Source: a virus
Lineage: Duplodnaviria > Caudoviricetes
Length of the DNA stretch: 58,397 nt
Direction: 5' to 3' (one strand)
Virus record (IMG/VR): IMGVR_UViG_3300028569_002805
Coordinates: 1-58,397 of that record
This document shows positions 10,145 to 19,103 of the stretch, piece after piece (positions within the stretch are counted from its first letter, which is position 1; every line of letters begins with the position of its first letter). The notes beneath the pieces were generated by a model, which saw only the letters and a list, made by a program, of their open reading frames with translations, made no database searches and was not told the origin of the DNA. Made by a program: the position numbers and the translations under genes.

Positions 10145-10603
10145 TCAATATTGTTCACTTATATATTCGCCTATTTTCTTTAGAGACATTAAGCATGAGT
10201 CAAAACGATGAAAATCACTTGAAATGTATTCAAGTGCTATTTCGTCGAATTTATCTGCCGCAACATCATCAACTTCAAAATAAATAGCTTTTCCACGTTT
10301 TCCAACAACTTTATACTTGTGCATAAGAATATAAGCGGCAGCACCAAGATCGGTTACGAACCTATAGTTTTGTGGATTGAAATTATATTCACCAATCTTT
10401 TTCAAACTCATGATGCAAGCATCAAATCGATGAAATTCACTTGATAAGTAATCAAGTGTAAGTTGGTCAAAATGTTCAATTGCGTGTTTGGGATCAACGA
10501 CAAAAAAAATGTCTCTTCCTTTTCTTCCAACTACCTTCAAATCATGCATAAGAAGGTAAGCGGCAGCACCTAAGTCGCTGACGCTCTTCTGATTATATTT
10601 CAT
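10145..10603 (-). CDS. Two-domain tandem-repeat protein (DUF5659-like)
   Basis: Two roughly 72-aa copies of V(S/T)DLGAAAYxLMH..KVVG..G..I.F.V.....FD...L.Y.SS.FHRFD.C.MSLKKIGEY. Confidence 0.75.
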   Translation of the reverse strand: MKYNQKSVSDLGAAAYLLMHDLKVVGRKGRDIFFVVDPKHAIEHFDQLTLDYLSSEFHRFDACIMSLKKIGEYNFNPQNYRFVTDLGAAAYILMHKYKVVGKRGKAIYFEVDDVAADKFDEIALEYISSDFHRFDSCLMSLKKIGEYISEQY

Positions 10604-10618
10604 TCTTTGCCTTTCTTT

Positions 10619-11626
10619 TCACTTCGATGAGGATTCTGCTGCTATCAAGCATCCTCTACTAACCGAATACAATGGGTCAGCAGGCTTGATGACATTGCCA
10701 ATTTTTATTGGCAATTCAAACCCGCTAAGGGTTTCCTTAAATATTTCTGTAAATCCATTAGGAGAACTGGTTCCACCAGCGATTACCACATCAATTTCGC
10801 CATCAGTCCTGACAGACTTATTGATGTCTGAGAATCCTTTTTTTAGTCCATTAACAGCATGCTCGATCATAAGTCTATACTGAGTATGGATTGCTCTTTC
10901 GATAAGATTAGTTGGAGATTTAGATAAATCTATTTTAGTCTTTTCTTTATTGATAAATGAAATGCTTTCGCCAGTAGCCTTAGCTGCCTGTCGATCAATC
11001 CAGTCTCCTGAGTTCACAATCGCAAAACTAAAGACAGGACTGCCATACATTGCATAGCAAACATTTATCATTCCTGCTCCAAAACTTGCGGCAATACCCG
11101 TGAAGGCTTTCTTCCCAAGTTCTGCATAAACTAATGCTAAGGCTTCGTTAATTGGATGCGCCTCTACTCTATATCCTGTTTCATTTTTATAAGCATTGAA
11201 AATTGCTTGTAGAATTCTCTGGTGATAATCAGCATCGGTGTCTTGATTAACGGCATTGGCTGGAACGCAATAATACAATATTTCGCCGTCTTTTTTAACA
11301 CCTTCAATCAAGTTGTGCATCATGATGCTCATGATTTGAAAAGCATCTTTTTCTTTTGGATTAACACATCCGTGAGTCATTGGGCGTTTGAGTTCCAATA
11401 CACTCATTGTATAAGTCATTTCAACTGCTGCTTCGCCAAGTGCGTATGCTCTTTTTTCAAGTTCAATCAATGGAACTCCAGCTTGTTTCATCATGTCAAA
11501 AACAAACCTATTTTCCAAAGGCATTTCAAGAAAAGCATTTACTTGACGATGATAAGTAAAGTTTCCTTCTTCATTTCTGCGGCAAAAAACGAGATTATAA
11601 GTTCCAACGTCCATTGAACAAGCCAT
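10619..11626 (-). CDS. Actin-fold ATPase (volactin/MreB/MamK-like)
   Basis: Phosphate-1 MDVGT, RPMTHG, connect-1 PINEALA, phosphate-2 SFGAGM, GDWID, adenosine IAGGTS, connect-2 DPLYSVSRG; GGAGA RBS. Confidence 0.9.
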   Translation of the reverse strand: MACSMDVGTYNLVFCRRNEEGNFTYHRQVNAFLEMPLENRFVFDMMKQAGVPLIELEKRAYALGEAAVEMTYTMSVLELKRPMTHGCVNPKEKDAFQIMSIMMHNLIEGVKKDGEILYYCVPANAVNQDTDADYHQRILQAIFNAYKNETGYRVEAHPINEALALVYAELGKKAFTGIAASFGAGMINVCYAMYGSPVFSFAIVNSGDWIDRQAAKATGESISFINKEKTKIDLSKSPTNLIERAIHTQYRLMIEHAVNGLKKGFSDINKSVRTDGEIDVVIAGGTSSPNGFTEIFKETLSGFELPIKIGNVIKPADPLYSVSRGCLIAAESSSK

Positions 11627-11637
11627 TTCATTTCTCC

Positions 11638-11898
11638 TTATACTTTCTTTCCAAATTCAACTTTAGGTGTAGAAGTAAAATCAGGAATCTCCCACTTAGG
11701 ATTGTCATTAGTTGTTCCTGTCTTTTTTGCAACAGGAGAATCTGCAACAACATGAGTGGGCGCAACGACAATTTTTAGATCGTCGCTGTTCAAATTGATT
11801 GTAAGCTCTAAAGAAATAGTGACATGTAGTTCGCCATCTTGAGTTACAACCTTAACCGTATTTGGCTTCAATAAATTAGCCAATTTGCCTCCACACAA
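11638..11898 (-). CDS. Small hypothetical protein upstream of the actin-like gene
   Basis: ORF ends 11 nt before the actin start; alternative TTG start at 11883 after GGAGG. Confidence 0.65.
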   Translation of the reverse strand: MCGGKLANLLKPNTVKVVTQDGELHVTISLELTINLNSDDLKIVVAPTHVVADSPVAKKTGTTNDNPKWEIPDFTSTPKVEFGKKV

Positions 11899-11917
11899 CC
11901 ATTCACAGTCATTATAG

Positions 11918-12865
11918 TTAGTTCTGCGAATGAATTTTATTTTTCCATGGCCATATTGTAAAAAGCTGGTCTATCCCTGATTTAATTTCATCATCAGAAA
12001 TCTCTGTTAAACAAGGCTTTAGTTCATTCTTTGTTTTTGGACAAGATCTGAAATTATAACATGGTCCACAATCCCATTTGCCACTGTCAATATGTTTTTG
12101 AACTAGAACAAAGTCATAATATTTTCCATAAGTCTTTCCATTAGCGAATGTAAATATGCCTAGAAGAGGCTTTTTAAGACCTCCAGCCAAATGAAATGTT
12201 GCTGTGTCTACAGAAATAACATAATCAGCTGAAGCGGTGTAATAGATCCATTCTGTCAAGCTAGTATTTTTTATTGTTTGAAATCCATATTTATCATTAT
12301 CTTTTTTACTTAAAACAACAACATTGAAATCACTCAAATAATTGTCAATGATATTCAAGTGATGAGGAGTAAGACATTTAGTTTTGATTGCAGAGTCAGG
12401 AGAAAAAATTATGATTGGTTGATCTTTCTTTTTTCGGAATTCTTCAAGTTTATTTTGATATATCTTCAAAAGATCGGGATTCAAATTAAAATGCATACTA
12501 TGATCTTCTAATTCATATCCGCATGATAATGCCCAGATATCAGATCGATGTAATTTACATTCAATTCCATAAAAGCTTTCATATTTATTTGAAATTTTAA
12601 CATCAGTTTGATAAAAAACTAAATATTCTTCTTTTTTAAGTTCTTGTGGTTTGATAAATTTATCTATAAAAGGATGATCTTTTATTGCGTCCAAATATTG
12701 ATCTAAACAGCAAAAATGAATTTCTGCATCTGGGATTATGCGTTTGACATCTGCAAGACACATTCTATGTATAATGATATCGCCAAGACCTCCCCAATCT
12801 GAAATAAAAAGTATTTTATTTCTTTTCGTGTAAAAGTCTTTGATAGAAAGATCGCCATTTCTCAT
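11918..12865 (-). CDS. Glycosyltransferase family 9 (heptosyltransferase-like)
   Basis: GGLGDII, HPFID, ADYVISVDTATFHLAGGLKKP and C-terminal CGPC...C...CL. Confidence 0.88.
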   Translation of the reverse strand: MRNGDLSIKDFYTKRNKILFISDWGGLGDIIIHRMCLADVKRIIPDAEIHFCCLDQYLDAIKDHPFIDKFIKPQELKKEEYLVFYQTDVKISNKYESFYGIECKLHRSDIWALSCGYELEDHSMHFNLNPDLLKIYQNKLEEFRKKKDQPIIIFSPDSAIKTKCLTPHHLNIIDNYLSDFNVVVLSKKDNDKYGFQTIKNTSLTEWIYYTASADYVISVDTATFHLAGGLKKPLLGIFTFANGKTYGKYYDFVLVQKHIDSGKWDCGPCYNFRSCPKTKNELKPCLTEISDDEIKSGIDQLFTIWPWKNKIHSQN

Positions 12866-12878
12866 AACCTAAAATAGT

Positions 12879-12904
12879 AAGGCCTAGTGCTGAGACTAGG
12901 CCTT
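12879..12904 (-). terminator. Stem-loop, probable intrinsic terminator
   Basis: AAGGCCTAGT-gctgag-ACTAGGCCTT, 10-bp perfect stem downstream of 12929..13507. Confidence 0.65.
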
Positions 12905-12928
12905 GAAGTTTGAAATATTTTATAATTT

Positions 12929-13507
12929 TCAGCTATTGCAAACGCTCTTAACAGAAACAATGATCTGTACAGTCTGATCATCACCGCTACTGTTGTCGAA
13001 ATTCAACTTGGTTACTGCGAGGTCGCCATAGTTGAAAACTTGTGTGTCGCCAGCTTTAAGATCAAATATAGCTCCAGCTAAACCATTAAGTTTTACACGA
13101 ATGTCGCCACCACTAGCATCTATTGAATTAATCTGAACAAAGTTAGCAGGATAGCCATAATCGCCTACTATATCAGCTTCATTCGCTGCAAAAGCACTTC
13201 CATCGTTTACGGATAAATCGTAAACTGTTGGGAAATTATTTTCTTCTGGGATATCGCTATAGATTGAGCCGTCATCAGTAACAACTTCAATGAATGCTTG
13301 ATCATAAGGAACTTGTGGATAGGCAAATTTCTTCCAGTAGTTGCAATCTGTAAAAGTATCACCATCAGCAAGTTTACGATAAATTTTGTTTGGACCAGTA
13401 ACGTAAATTGTACGTTGAATAGAAGTAACAAATTCAGTTGTAGTTGCTGGATTCAGGTCAAGAGTGCCCTGAACATTGTTATTCAAATTTACTCTGAATA
13501 CGCTCAT
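12929..13507 (-). CDS. Hypothetical beta-rich protein, probably virion structural or decoration protein
   Basis: Strong AAGGAG RBS, upstream TAAATA, own downstream stem-loop. Confidence 0.65.
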   Translation of the reverse strand: MSVFRVNLNNNVQGTLDLNPATTTEFVTSIQRTIYVTGPNKIYRKLADGDTFTDCNYWKKFAYPQVPYDQAFIEVVTDDGSIYSDIPEENNFPTVYDLSVNDGSAFAANEADIVGDYGYPANFVQINSIDASGGDIRVKLNGLAGAIFDLKAGDTQVFNYGDLAVTKLNFDNSSGDDQTVQIIVSVKSVCNS

Positions 13508-13578
13508 TTTTCTCCTTGGAGGTTAAATAAAAATTTCCCTACCTCTTTTATATTTATGCAGGAGAAATCAGATCACAT

Positions 13579-14184
13579 TCACATCTGAATTATTTCTGCA
13601 AAAGGAAACATCTTCTTGAATAAATTTTCACCAATTCCCGTTGGAATTAGAGTTACTTTCTTACCTTCGGCGGCAGCTTCATAAAGTTGTTCATTTTCAA
13701 CGCCAATAACCCAATCATAATTTGCATATGGTTCGTTGATTGCGATAGTGCAATTTTTTAATTCAGCCAATTCAATTGCGCTTTTAATTTGATAATGATT
13801 CAAACTTCTCACAGGAGCGCAACAATTAGTTAAAAGAACTGCTGATCCTATATTTCCTTCTTCTGTTGAAATTGGCGGAATTTTTATTTCAGATTCATCC
13901 ATAAGTTCTTCAACTGGATGTATTGTGTTCTTGTATGATATTTCACGAATATATGCAAATTGTTTCTTATTGTCTATTAATGTAGATTTGTTGAGAGTTC
14001 TTGGTTCGTCTTTGAATAGATATGTCAAATCGTCTCTAGAACACAGGTATATTTGAATGCCCGGAAAAGCTGCTTCCATGCATGGTCTAAGAAGACGTAA
14101 TTGAACAAGGTATTCTTTGCTAAAACCAAAGTAAGCAATGCAATAATTATCTTTTATTTTAACATATTCAGGAAGCGGAATCAT
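13579..14184 (-). CDS. Degenerate GT9-like (GT-B fold) protein
   Basis: LLRP.ME..FP..QI and YDWVIGVENEQLYEAAAEGKKV echo GT9 motifs without the conserved D/H residues; start at ATG 14184. Confidence 0.5.
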   Translation of the reverse strand: MIPLPEYVKIKDNYCIAYFGFSKEYLVQLRLLRPCMEAAFPGIQIYLCSRDDLTYLFKDEPRTLNKSTLIDNKKQFAYIREISYKNTIHPVEELMDESEIKIPPISTEEGNIGSAVLLTNCCAPVRSLNHYQIKSAIELAELKNCTIAINEPYANYDWVIGVENEQLYEAAAEGKKVTLIPTGIGENLFKKMFPFAEIIQM

Positions 14185-14325
14185 ATGAACCACCAAGATG
14201 AAATAGGATCAACTGTGAATGCACTCCAAGAATTTGTCAAGGAGTTTGGTTCTCAGGATGAGTATACTAAAATAGTAATGGAAATTCTACTTGAAGAACT
14301 TTTTTCAAAAACAAAAGAGAAATAA
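14185..14325 (+). CDS. Small hypothetical protein (46 aa)
   Basis: ATG at 14185 is in frame with the listed ORF; stop lies 2 nt before the next gene. Confidence 0.45.
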   Translation: MNHQDEIGSTVNALQEFVKEFGSQDEYTKIVMEILLEELFSKTKEK

Positions 14326-14327
14326 AA

Positions 14328-14693
14328 ATGGCCAATAAAAAGACAGATGTTTATATTTATCTCGCAAAAAGAGATAAAGGTGCTGTAAGAATTTTACTTA
14401 TTTGCAGTGGATTGCCCATTATCGCCACAAGATTAGATAATACCGATATTCTCAGTCTTTCTCCTGAATTATTGGGAGAATTAAAACAAAAAATTTATGA
14501 TAATAGAATATATTGGGAACCATGGATTCAATCAGCTGATACATTTACTGATTTCAGGGCTGCTCTTAAAGTTCGTAGCTACAACAATATTCCTTTAAGT
14601 TCACAGCCCGAAATCTATAATGTCACAACACAAAGTACTGTAAATACAAAATCATTACCTCAAAAAACAATAATGATTCGCAAAGGTACTTAG
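14328..14693 (+). CDS. Hypothetical protein
   Basis: 121-aa ORF filling the gap between neighbouring genes. Confidence 0.7.
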   Translation: MANKKTDVYIYLAKRDKGAVRILLICSGLPIIATRLDNTDILSLSPELLGELKQKIYDNRIYWEPWIQSADTFTDFRAALKVRSYNNIPLSSQPEIYNVTTQSTVNTKSLPQKTIMIRKGT

Positions 14694-15001
14694 TCTTCTG
14701 ATCTTTTCAAATGCATTCTGTGAATCATGAAGGAACCACTGTCTACTGAAACATACATGTAATGACCGTTTTCTTCTGTGATCGTGCCACCATTTTTCTT
14801 GAAATCTTTGGCGACTTCCAATAATTCGCCCTCTTGAGTTTCTATTCTTGAAATTAATTTTTTCAGAGGAATCTTTGACTCAATTTTAAGACCAACCATA
14901 TTAGATTTGTTAGCATCATGCTGATTTGACATCCATTTTTTGAAATCACTCAGATTGAATGGGCCAAAAGGATCGTCACTTGTGTAATTCCATTTATTCA
15001 T
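14690..15001 (-). CDS. Hypothetical protein
   Basis: Start moved to ATG 15001 after GGTGG; overlaps the upstream stop. Confidence 0.65.
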   Translation of the reverse strand: MNKWNYTSDDPFGPFNLSDFKKWMSNQHDANKSNMVGLKIESKIPLKKLISRIETQEGELLEVAKDFKKNGGTITEENGHYMYVSVDSGSFMIHRMHLKRSED

Positions 15002-15863
15002 ATTTTTCACCACCTTGTTGAAAAAACGGAAGGATATCTTCCTCACTTATATATGGTGCATGCTTATATTCTTGACTGCTTGAATGATCAGCTAATTTTG
15101 TTTCATAATAAGGGTGATTTTTAAGCCAATAAAAAAATCCATCAATAATTCCATGAGCCATTTGTTGTTGTGGATATTCATATAATCCGTTATTTAATTT
15201 TATTGATCCTGCCCTTTCTCCGCTAAAACTATCATCGCAACATAACAATAATATTTTTTCTGCCCCAAAATGATAGGCTAAATTTATTGCAGCACAAATA
15301 GAGTTTCTATTGTCATCAACCTGCCAACGAGCTTCTTTCATGCCAATTCCTGCATATTTACTTTCATTTACAGGATAATATTTATACTTTGCTCCTTTGT
15401 ATGCACTCATAAATTTATAATTAGTTCTAGATGATGATATACATTTAGGCAAAATTCTTCCTCTTCTTGGCAAATATTTCATGCATTCTTCGTATGGATT
15501 ATTGACTACATACCACGACATAGATCTTTCTGATAAATTCCATTTTGCCAAAGAACCATTAACTCCTATAATCGAAACTGATTTTGGTAAACTTGCGAGA
15601 ATATTCTGTTTTTTAACAAAATCATAACCATCAGAAACGATAACAACATCTTTTGTCTGAAAATTTTCAGAATCAATCCAAGTATATTTGTCAAGACTAT
15701 TTTTTGTTTCATTTTGCAAAAATGTAAAATAATCTTTATTGTCAATAGTTTGATTCAAATCAATATAAGGAACTTGCTCCATTGTAAAATCACGGACCCA
15801 CATCCCTTGTGGGGTTAAATAATATTTGTTGCCATCAGAGGCTTTTTTAATTCTTTCAGACAT
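14994..15863 (-). CDS. MptE/Maf (DUF115)-like Rossmann-fold protein, divergent
   Basis: VVIVSDG, IIGVN and NSICAAINLAYHFGAEKILLLCCD; start at ATG 15863. Confidence 0.6.
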   Translation of the reverse strand: MSERIKKASDGNKYYLTPQGMWVRDFTMEQVPYIDLNQTIDNKDYFTFLQNETKNSLDKYTWIDSENFQTKDVVIVSDGYDFVKKQNILASLPKSVSIIGVNGSLAKWNLSERSMSWYVVNNPYEECMKYLPRRGRILPKCISSSRTNYKFMSAYKGAKYKYYPVNESKYAGIGMKEARWQVDDNRNSICAAINLAYHFGAEKILLLCCDDSFSGERAGSIKLNNGLYEYPQQQMAHGIIDGFFYWLKNHPYYETKLADHSSSQEYKHAPYISEEDILPFFQQGGEKYE

Positions 15864-15879
15864 ATAATCAATTAAGTTA

Positions 15880-18800
15880 TCAAGCTGGTTTATTACAAGG
15901 AACAAGAGCGAAACATGGTTGGTCACCATTCTCACCTGTCAACTTACTAACATCAAGATTGATCTTGATATCAATAGGAGATCCCTTGTAAACAAGTTCA
16001 ATTTCTGGTTTATCAGGCATAACCAACTTGATTTCAGAAGGAGCTCCAAAAAGTTCAATAGCAGAAGGAATTCCAACAACTTGAATCTTGTCAGGAATTC
16101 CTGATGCATCTATTTGTATTTTTGGCATAATTTCTGGAACTTCCAGTTTAATTGAACTAGGAAGACCAAATGTTTCAAGCCTTATAGATGATGGTAAATT
16201 TGTTGTCAAAAGTTCAATTGTTGATGGGAAATTATCAGCATTAATTGTAATCTGACTAGGAATTGCAACATCAGGACCAATGATTTTTATGTCGGGAATT
16301 ACTGGTGCTTCAATCCTGATAATTGCAGGAATATCATGGATAATCCTAATATCGGGTATTTCTGGAACTTTCAAAGTAATTTCAGAAGGAATGCCAATAT
16401 CATTTGATTGAATTTCAACAGGCTCAATTGGACTATAAGATCTCTCCTCAGAGAAAAGATCTGTATTCCTATTCATTGCAAATGGAGTCGATGAAGGACA
16501 TGCAATTGTCACAACACAACTTACAACTGGAGGATTGCCCCAATCAATTTTAATTGGACCAAGAGTTGGAACACTAATGTAAATTGGCCCAAGTTTTGGA
16601 GCATCAATATAAATAGGACCAAGCTTAGGAACTATTACACTAATTCTTGATGGAATGTCATCAATAACGCTAATTTTATATGGGATGTCATCAATAACAA
16701 TGATTTGATATGGGATGTCATCCAAAACATATATAACATCTGGAATACTGTGAATTACTTGGATGACATCTGGCACATCATCAAAAACATATATTTCTAC
16801 AGGAATATCATCAAAAACTTCAATAGAAACAGGTATGTCTTCTATGACACTGATTCTAACTGGAATATCATCAATAACGCTAATTCTAATTGGAATGTCA
16901 TCAATAACACTAATTTTAGTTGGAATGGTGGCAACTACGCTAATTATGGATGGTATAGTGCCAACAACTGAAATTAAACTTGGTATTTCTTGAACAACTG
17001 AAATTAAACTTGGTATTTCTTGAACAACTGAAATTGTACTCGGTATTTCTTGAACAATTGAAATTGTACTCGGTATTTCTTGAATAACTGAAATTGTACT
17101 TGGTATTTCTTGAATAACTGAAATTAATGTCGGTATATTTGCTATTACTGAAATTAATGTCGGTATATTTGCTAGTACTGAAATTTCTAAAGGAATATCG
17201 TCAACCAGAATAATGCTTAATGGTATGCTATCAAGAACAGGAATGTTCAAAGGTATGCTATCAAGAACAGGAATGTTCAAAGGTATGCTATCTTGAACAT
17301 AAATTTCAGTAGGTACGCTATCAAAAACAGTAATAATCGAAATAAAAGGTCCGCCAATCAATGTAATCGTTGATGTTATAGGACCACCAACCAATGAAAT
17401 TATTGTTGGCAAATTTCCAGTAAATGAAACTATTGAAGGCAAATTTCCAGTAAATGAAATAGTTGTGGGCAAATCATCAATTACATAAATTATATCAGGA
17501 ATATCATCACTCAAAGATATAATCGATGGAAGAGGAGTAACTGAAATAATTGATGGAATATTAGTGAAAACTGAAATAATCGTTGGAATATCATCTTCTA
17601 CTATTATTCTATCAGGCAAATCATCAAGCAAAGGTATGTTGTCTGGCAAATCATCAAGCAAAGGTATGTTGTCTGGCAAATCATCAAACAAAGGTATGTT
17701 GTCTGGCAAATCGTCAATAAAAGGTATGTTGTCTGGCAAATCATCAAACAAAGGTATGTTGTCTGGCAAATCATCAAACAAAGGTATGTTGTCTGGCAAA
17801 TCGTCAATAAAAGGTATGTTGTCTGGCAAATCGTCAATAAAAGGTATGTTATCTGGCAAATCGTCAATAAAAGGAATAATATCTGGTAAATCATCAAGCA
17901 ATGGGATAATTGATGGAACATCATCAATCACAGGAATTTCGGTTGGAAAACTACCTGTTATGGAAATAGTTGTAGGAAGAGGAGTAATTGAAATAATTGA
18001 TGGAATATTACCTGTTATGGAAATAATAGTTGGAATATTACCAATCAAAGGAATTTCGCTTGGAAAACTACCTGTTATAGAAATAGTTGTAGGAATGAAT
18101 ATAGGTGTAACTGAAACTATAGAGGGAATGTTAATTGGCGGAACAATGCTGATAACGCTAGGTACATTGATTGGTCCAACAGGTCCAATATTCAAATATG
18201 GGAAAACAATTGGAGGAATTTGTGGTGTTACTGAAGGAACAGTTATGTTTGGCACTGTAATAAAAGGAAAATTTGGTATTACAGGAATAGGAATTTCAAA
18301 CGCAATTGTCGTGCTTGGTGTCTGTGGTTCATTAACACTCAATCTTTCAATAGGAGTCTGAATTATTGTGCAGTTATCGTTAGATGCAGTTAAAACAGGA
18401 TCTATTGTTGAGTTAGGTGGATATGTATGAGTTCCAGATGTTGATGTAGTTGTAAAAGTTCCATCACCAAAATCAAGTCTATAAGAAGTAAAAATTCCTG
18501 TAAGAGTAATATTGTATCTTGCGACAGTTCCAGTTGCAGGATTTACACTAATAATCAAAAAATCAAAAACAACATCAGGACACGAATAATCATCTATTAT
18601 TATGTCCAATGCGGCAAGATTTCTGATTCTCCAGTCAAGCGTTGTTGTGTCAGGTGTTTGATTATATCCAATAAATTTTTCAACTTTTATAACTGCATCA
18701 ACAAGCTGGTTGTGATGATTTCCAACTACAAATCCACGAACTTCTGATCCAGCAGGTGTTTTCTTAGTGTGTGTTCCGCTTAGATTCCTTGAACATCTTT

Positions 18801-19056
18801 TGAATTTATTTATTTTACCATTTTCATCGTAACCAACAGAATCGTAGTAAAATAATTCACCATCTATGTTGGCGAATCCATTTTTTGCCCATTGTTCTGC
18901 CGTAGTGGCAGAAACAGGAACAATTGGAATCTCGTCCGACCAAGGCAGATTTACTTCGCTGCTGACAGTTTCAGATGTATTGTACACGAGGTACAAAGTT
19001 TCGTCGCTGTCATAATTTTTTGGGTAGACAGGTGCTGGTGGAAAGTAGTTGGCCAC
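15880..19056 (-). CDS. Putative tail fibre: PKD domain plus long 10/11-aa Ile-Pro repeat shaft
   Basis: GTG start; N-terminal domain shared with the two upstream genes (YP..YDS...LY, HHN.L.DAVI); PKD motif LDFGDG...GTHTY; about 600 aa of IPxxIS/PV repeats. Confidence 0.75.
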   Translation of the reverse strand: MANYFPPAPVYPKNYDSDETLYLVYNTSETVSSEVNLPWSDEIPIVPVSATTAEQWAKNGFANIDGELFYYDSVGYDENGKINKFKRCSRNLSGTHTKKTPAGSEVRGFVVGNHHNQLVDAVIKVEKFIGYNQTPDTTTLDWRIRNLAALDIIIDDYSCPDVVFDFLIISVNPATGTVARYNITLTGIFTSYRLDFGDGTFTTTSTSGTHTYPPNSTIDPVLTASNDNCTIIQTPIERLSVNEPQTPSTTIAFEIPIPVIPNFPFITVPNITVPSVTPQIPPIVFPYLNIGPVGPINVPSVISIVPPINIPSIVSVTPIFIPTTISITGSFPSEIPLIGNIPTIISITGNIPSIISITPLPTTISITGSFPTEIPVIDDVPSIIPLLDDLPDIIPFIDDLPDNIPFIDDLPDNIPFIDDLPDNIPLFDDLPDNIPLFDDLPDNIPFIDDLPDNIPLFDDLPDNIPLLDDLPDNIPLLDDLPDRIIVEDDIPTIISVFTNIPSIISVTPLPSIISLSDDIPDIIYVIDDLPTTISFTGNLPSIVSFTGNLPTIISLVGGPITSTITLIGGPFISIITVFDSVPTEIYVQDSIPLNIPVLDSIPLNIPVLDSIPLSIILVDDIPLEISVLANIPTLISVIANIPTLISVIQEIPSTISVIQEIPSTISIVQEIPSTISVVQEIPSLISVVQEIPSLISVVGTIPSIISVVATIPTKISVIDDIPIRISVIDDIPVRISVIEDIPVSIEVFDDIPVEIYVFDDVPDVIQVIHSIPDVIYVLDDIPYQIIVIDDIPYKISVIDDIPSRISVIVPKLGPIYIDAPKLGPIYISVPTLGPIKIDWGNPPVVSCVVTIACPSSTPFAMNRNTDLFSEERSYSPIEPVEIQSNDIGIPSEITLKVPEIPDIRIIHDIPAIIRIEAPVIPDIKIIGPDVAIPSQITINADNFPSTIELLTTNLPSSIRLETFGLPSSIKLEVPEIMPKIQIDASGIPDKIQVVGIPSAIELFGAPSEIKLVMPDKPEIELVYKGSPIDIKINLDVSKLTGENGDQPCFALVPCNKPA
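16965..17295. repeat. Sets of 30-bp tandem repeats inside the fibre gene
   Basis: For example AACTGAAATTAAACTTGGTATTTCTTGAAC variants (QEIPS.ISV) and GGTATGCTATCAAGAACAGGAATGTTCAAA (DSIPLNIPVL). Confidence 0.85.
17611..17900. repeat. Near-perfect 30-bp tandem repeat (about 9 copies) inside the fibre gene
   Basis: Unit GTCTGGCAAATC(A/G)TCAA.AAAGGTATGTT encodes DDLPDNIP(F/L)(I/F/L) on the minus strand. Confidence 0.95.
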
Positions 19057-19103
19057 TTTAGTATTTTTCCCTTTGTTCGGTTCAAAGTATTTATTGATTC
19101 AAA

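Noticed and set aside
17564-18361. 265-aa plus-strand ORF with GMLSGKSS repeats
   Set aside because: Antisense shadow of the 30-bp repeats in the fibre gene.
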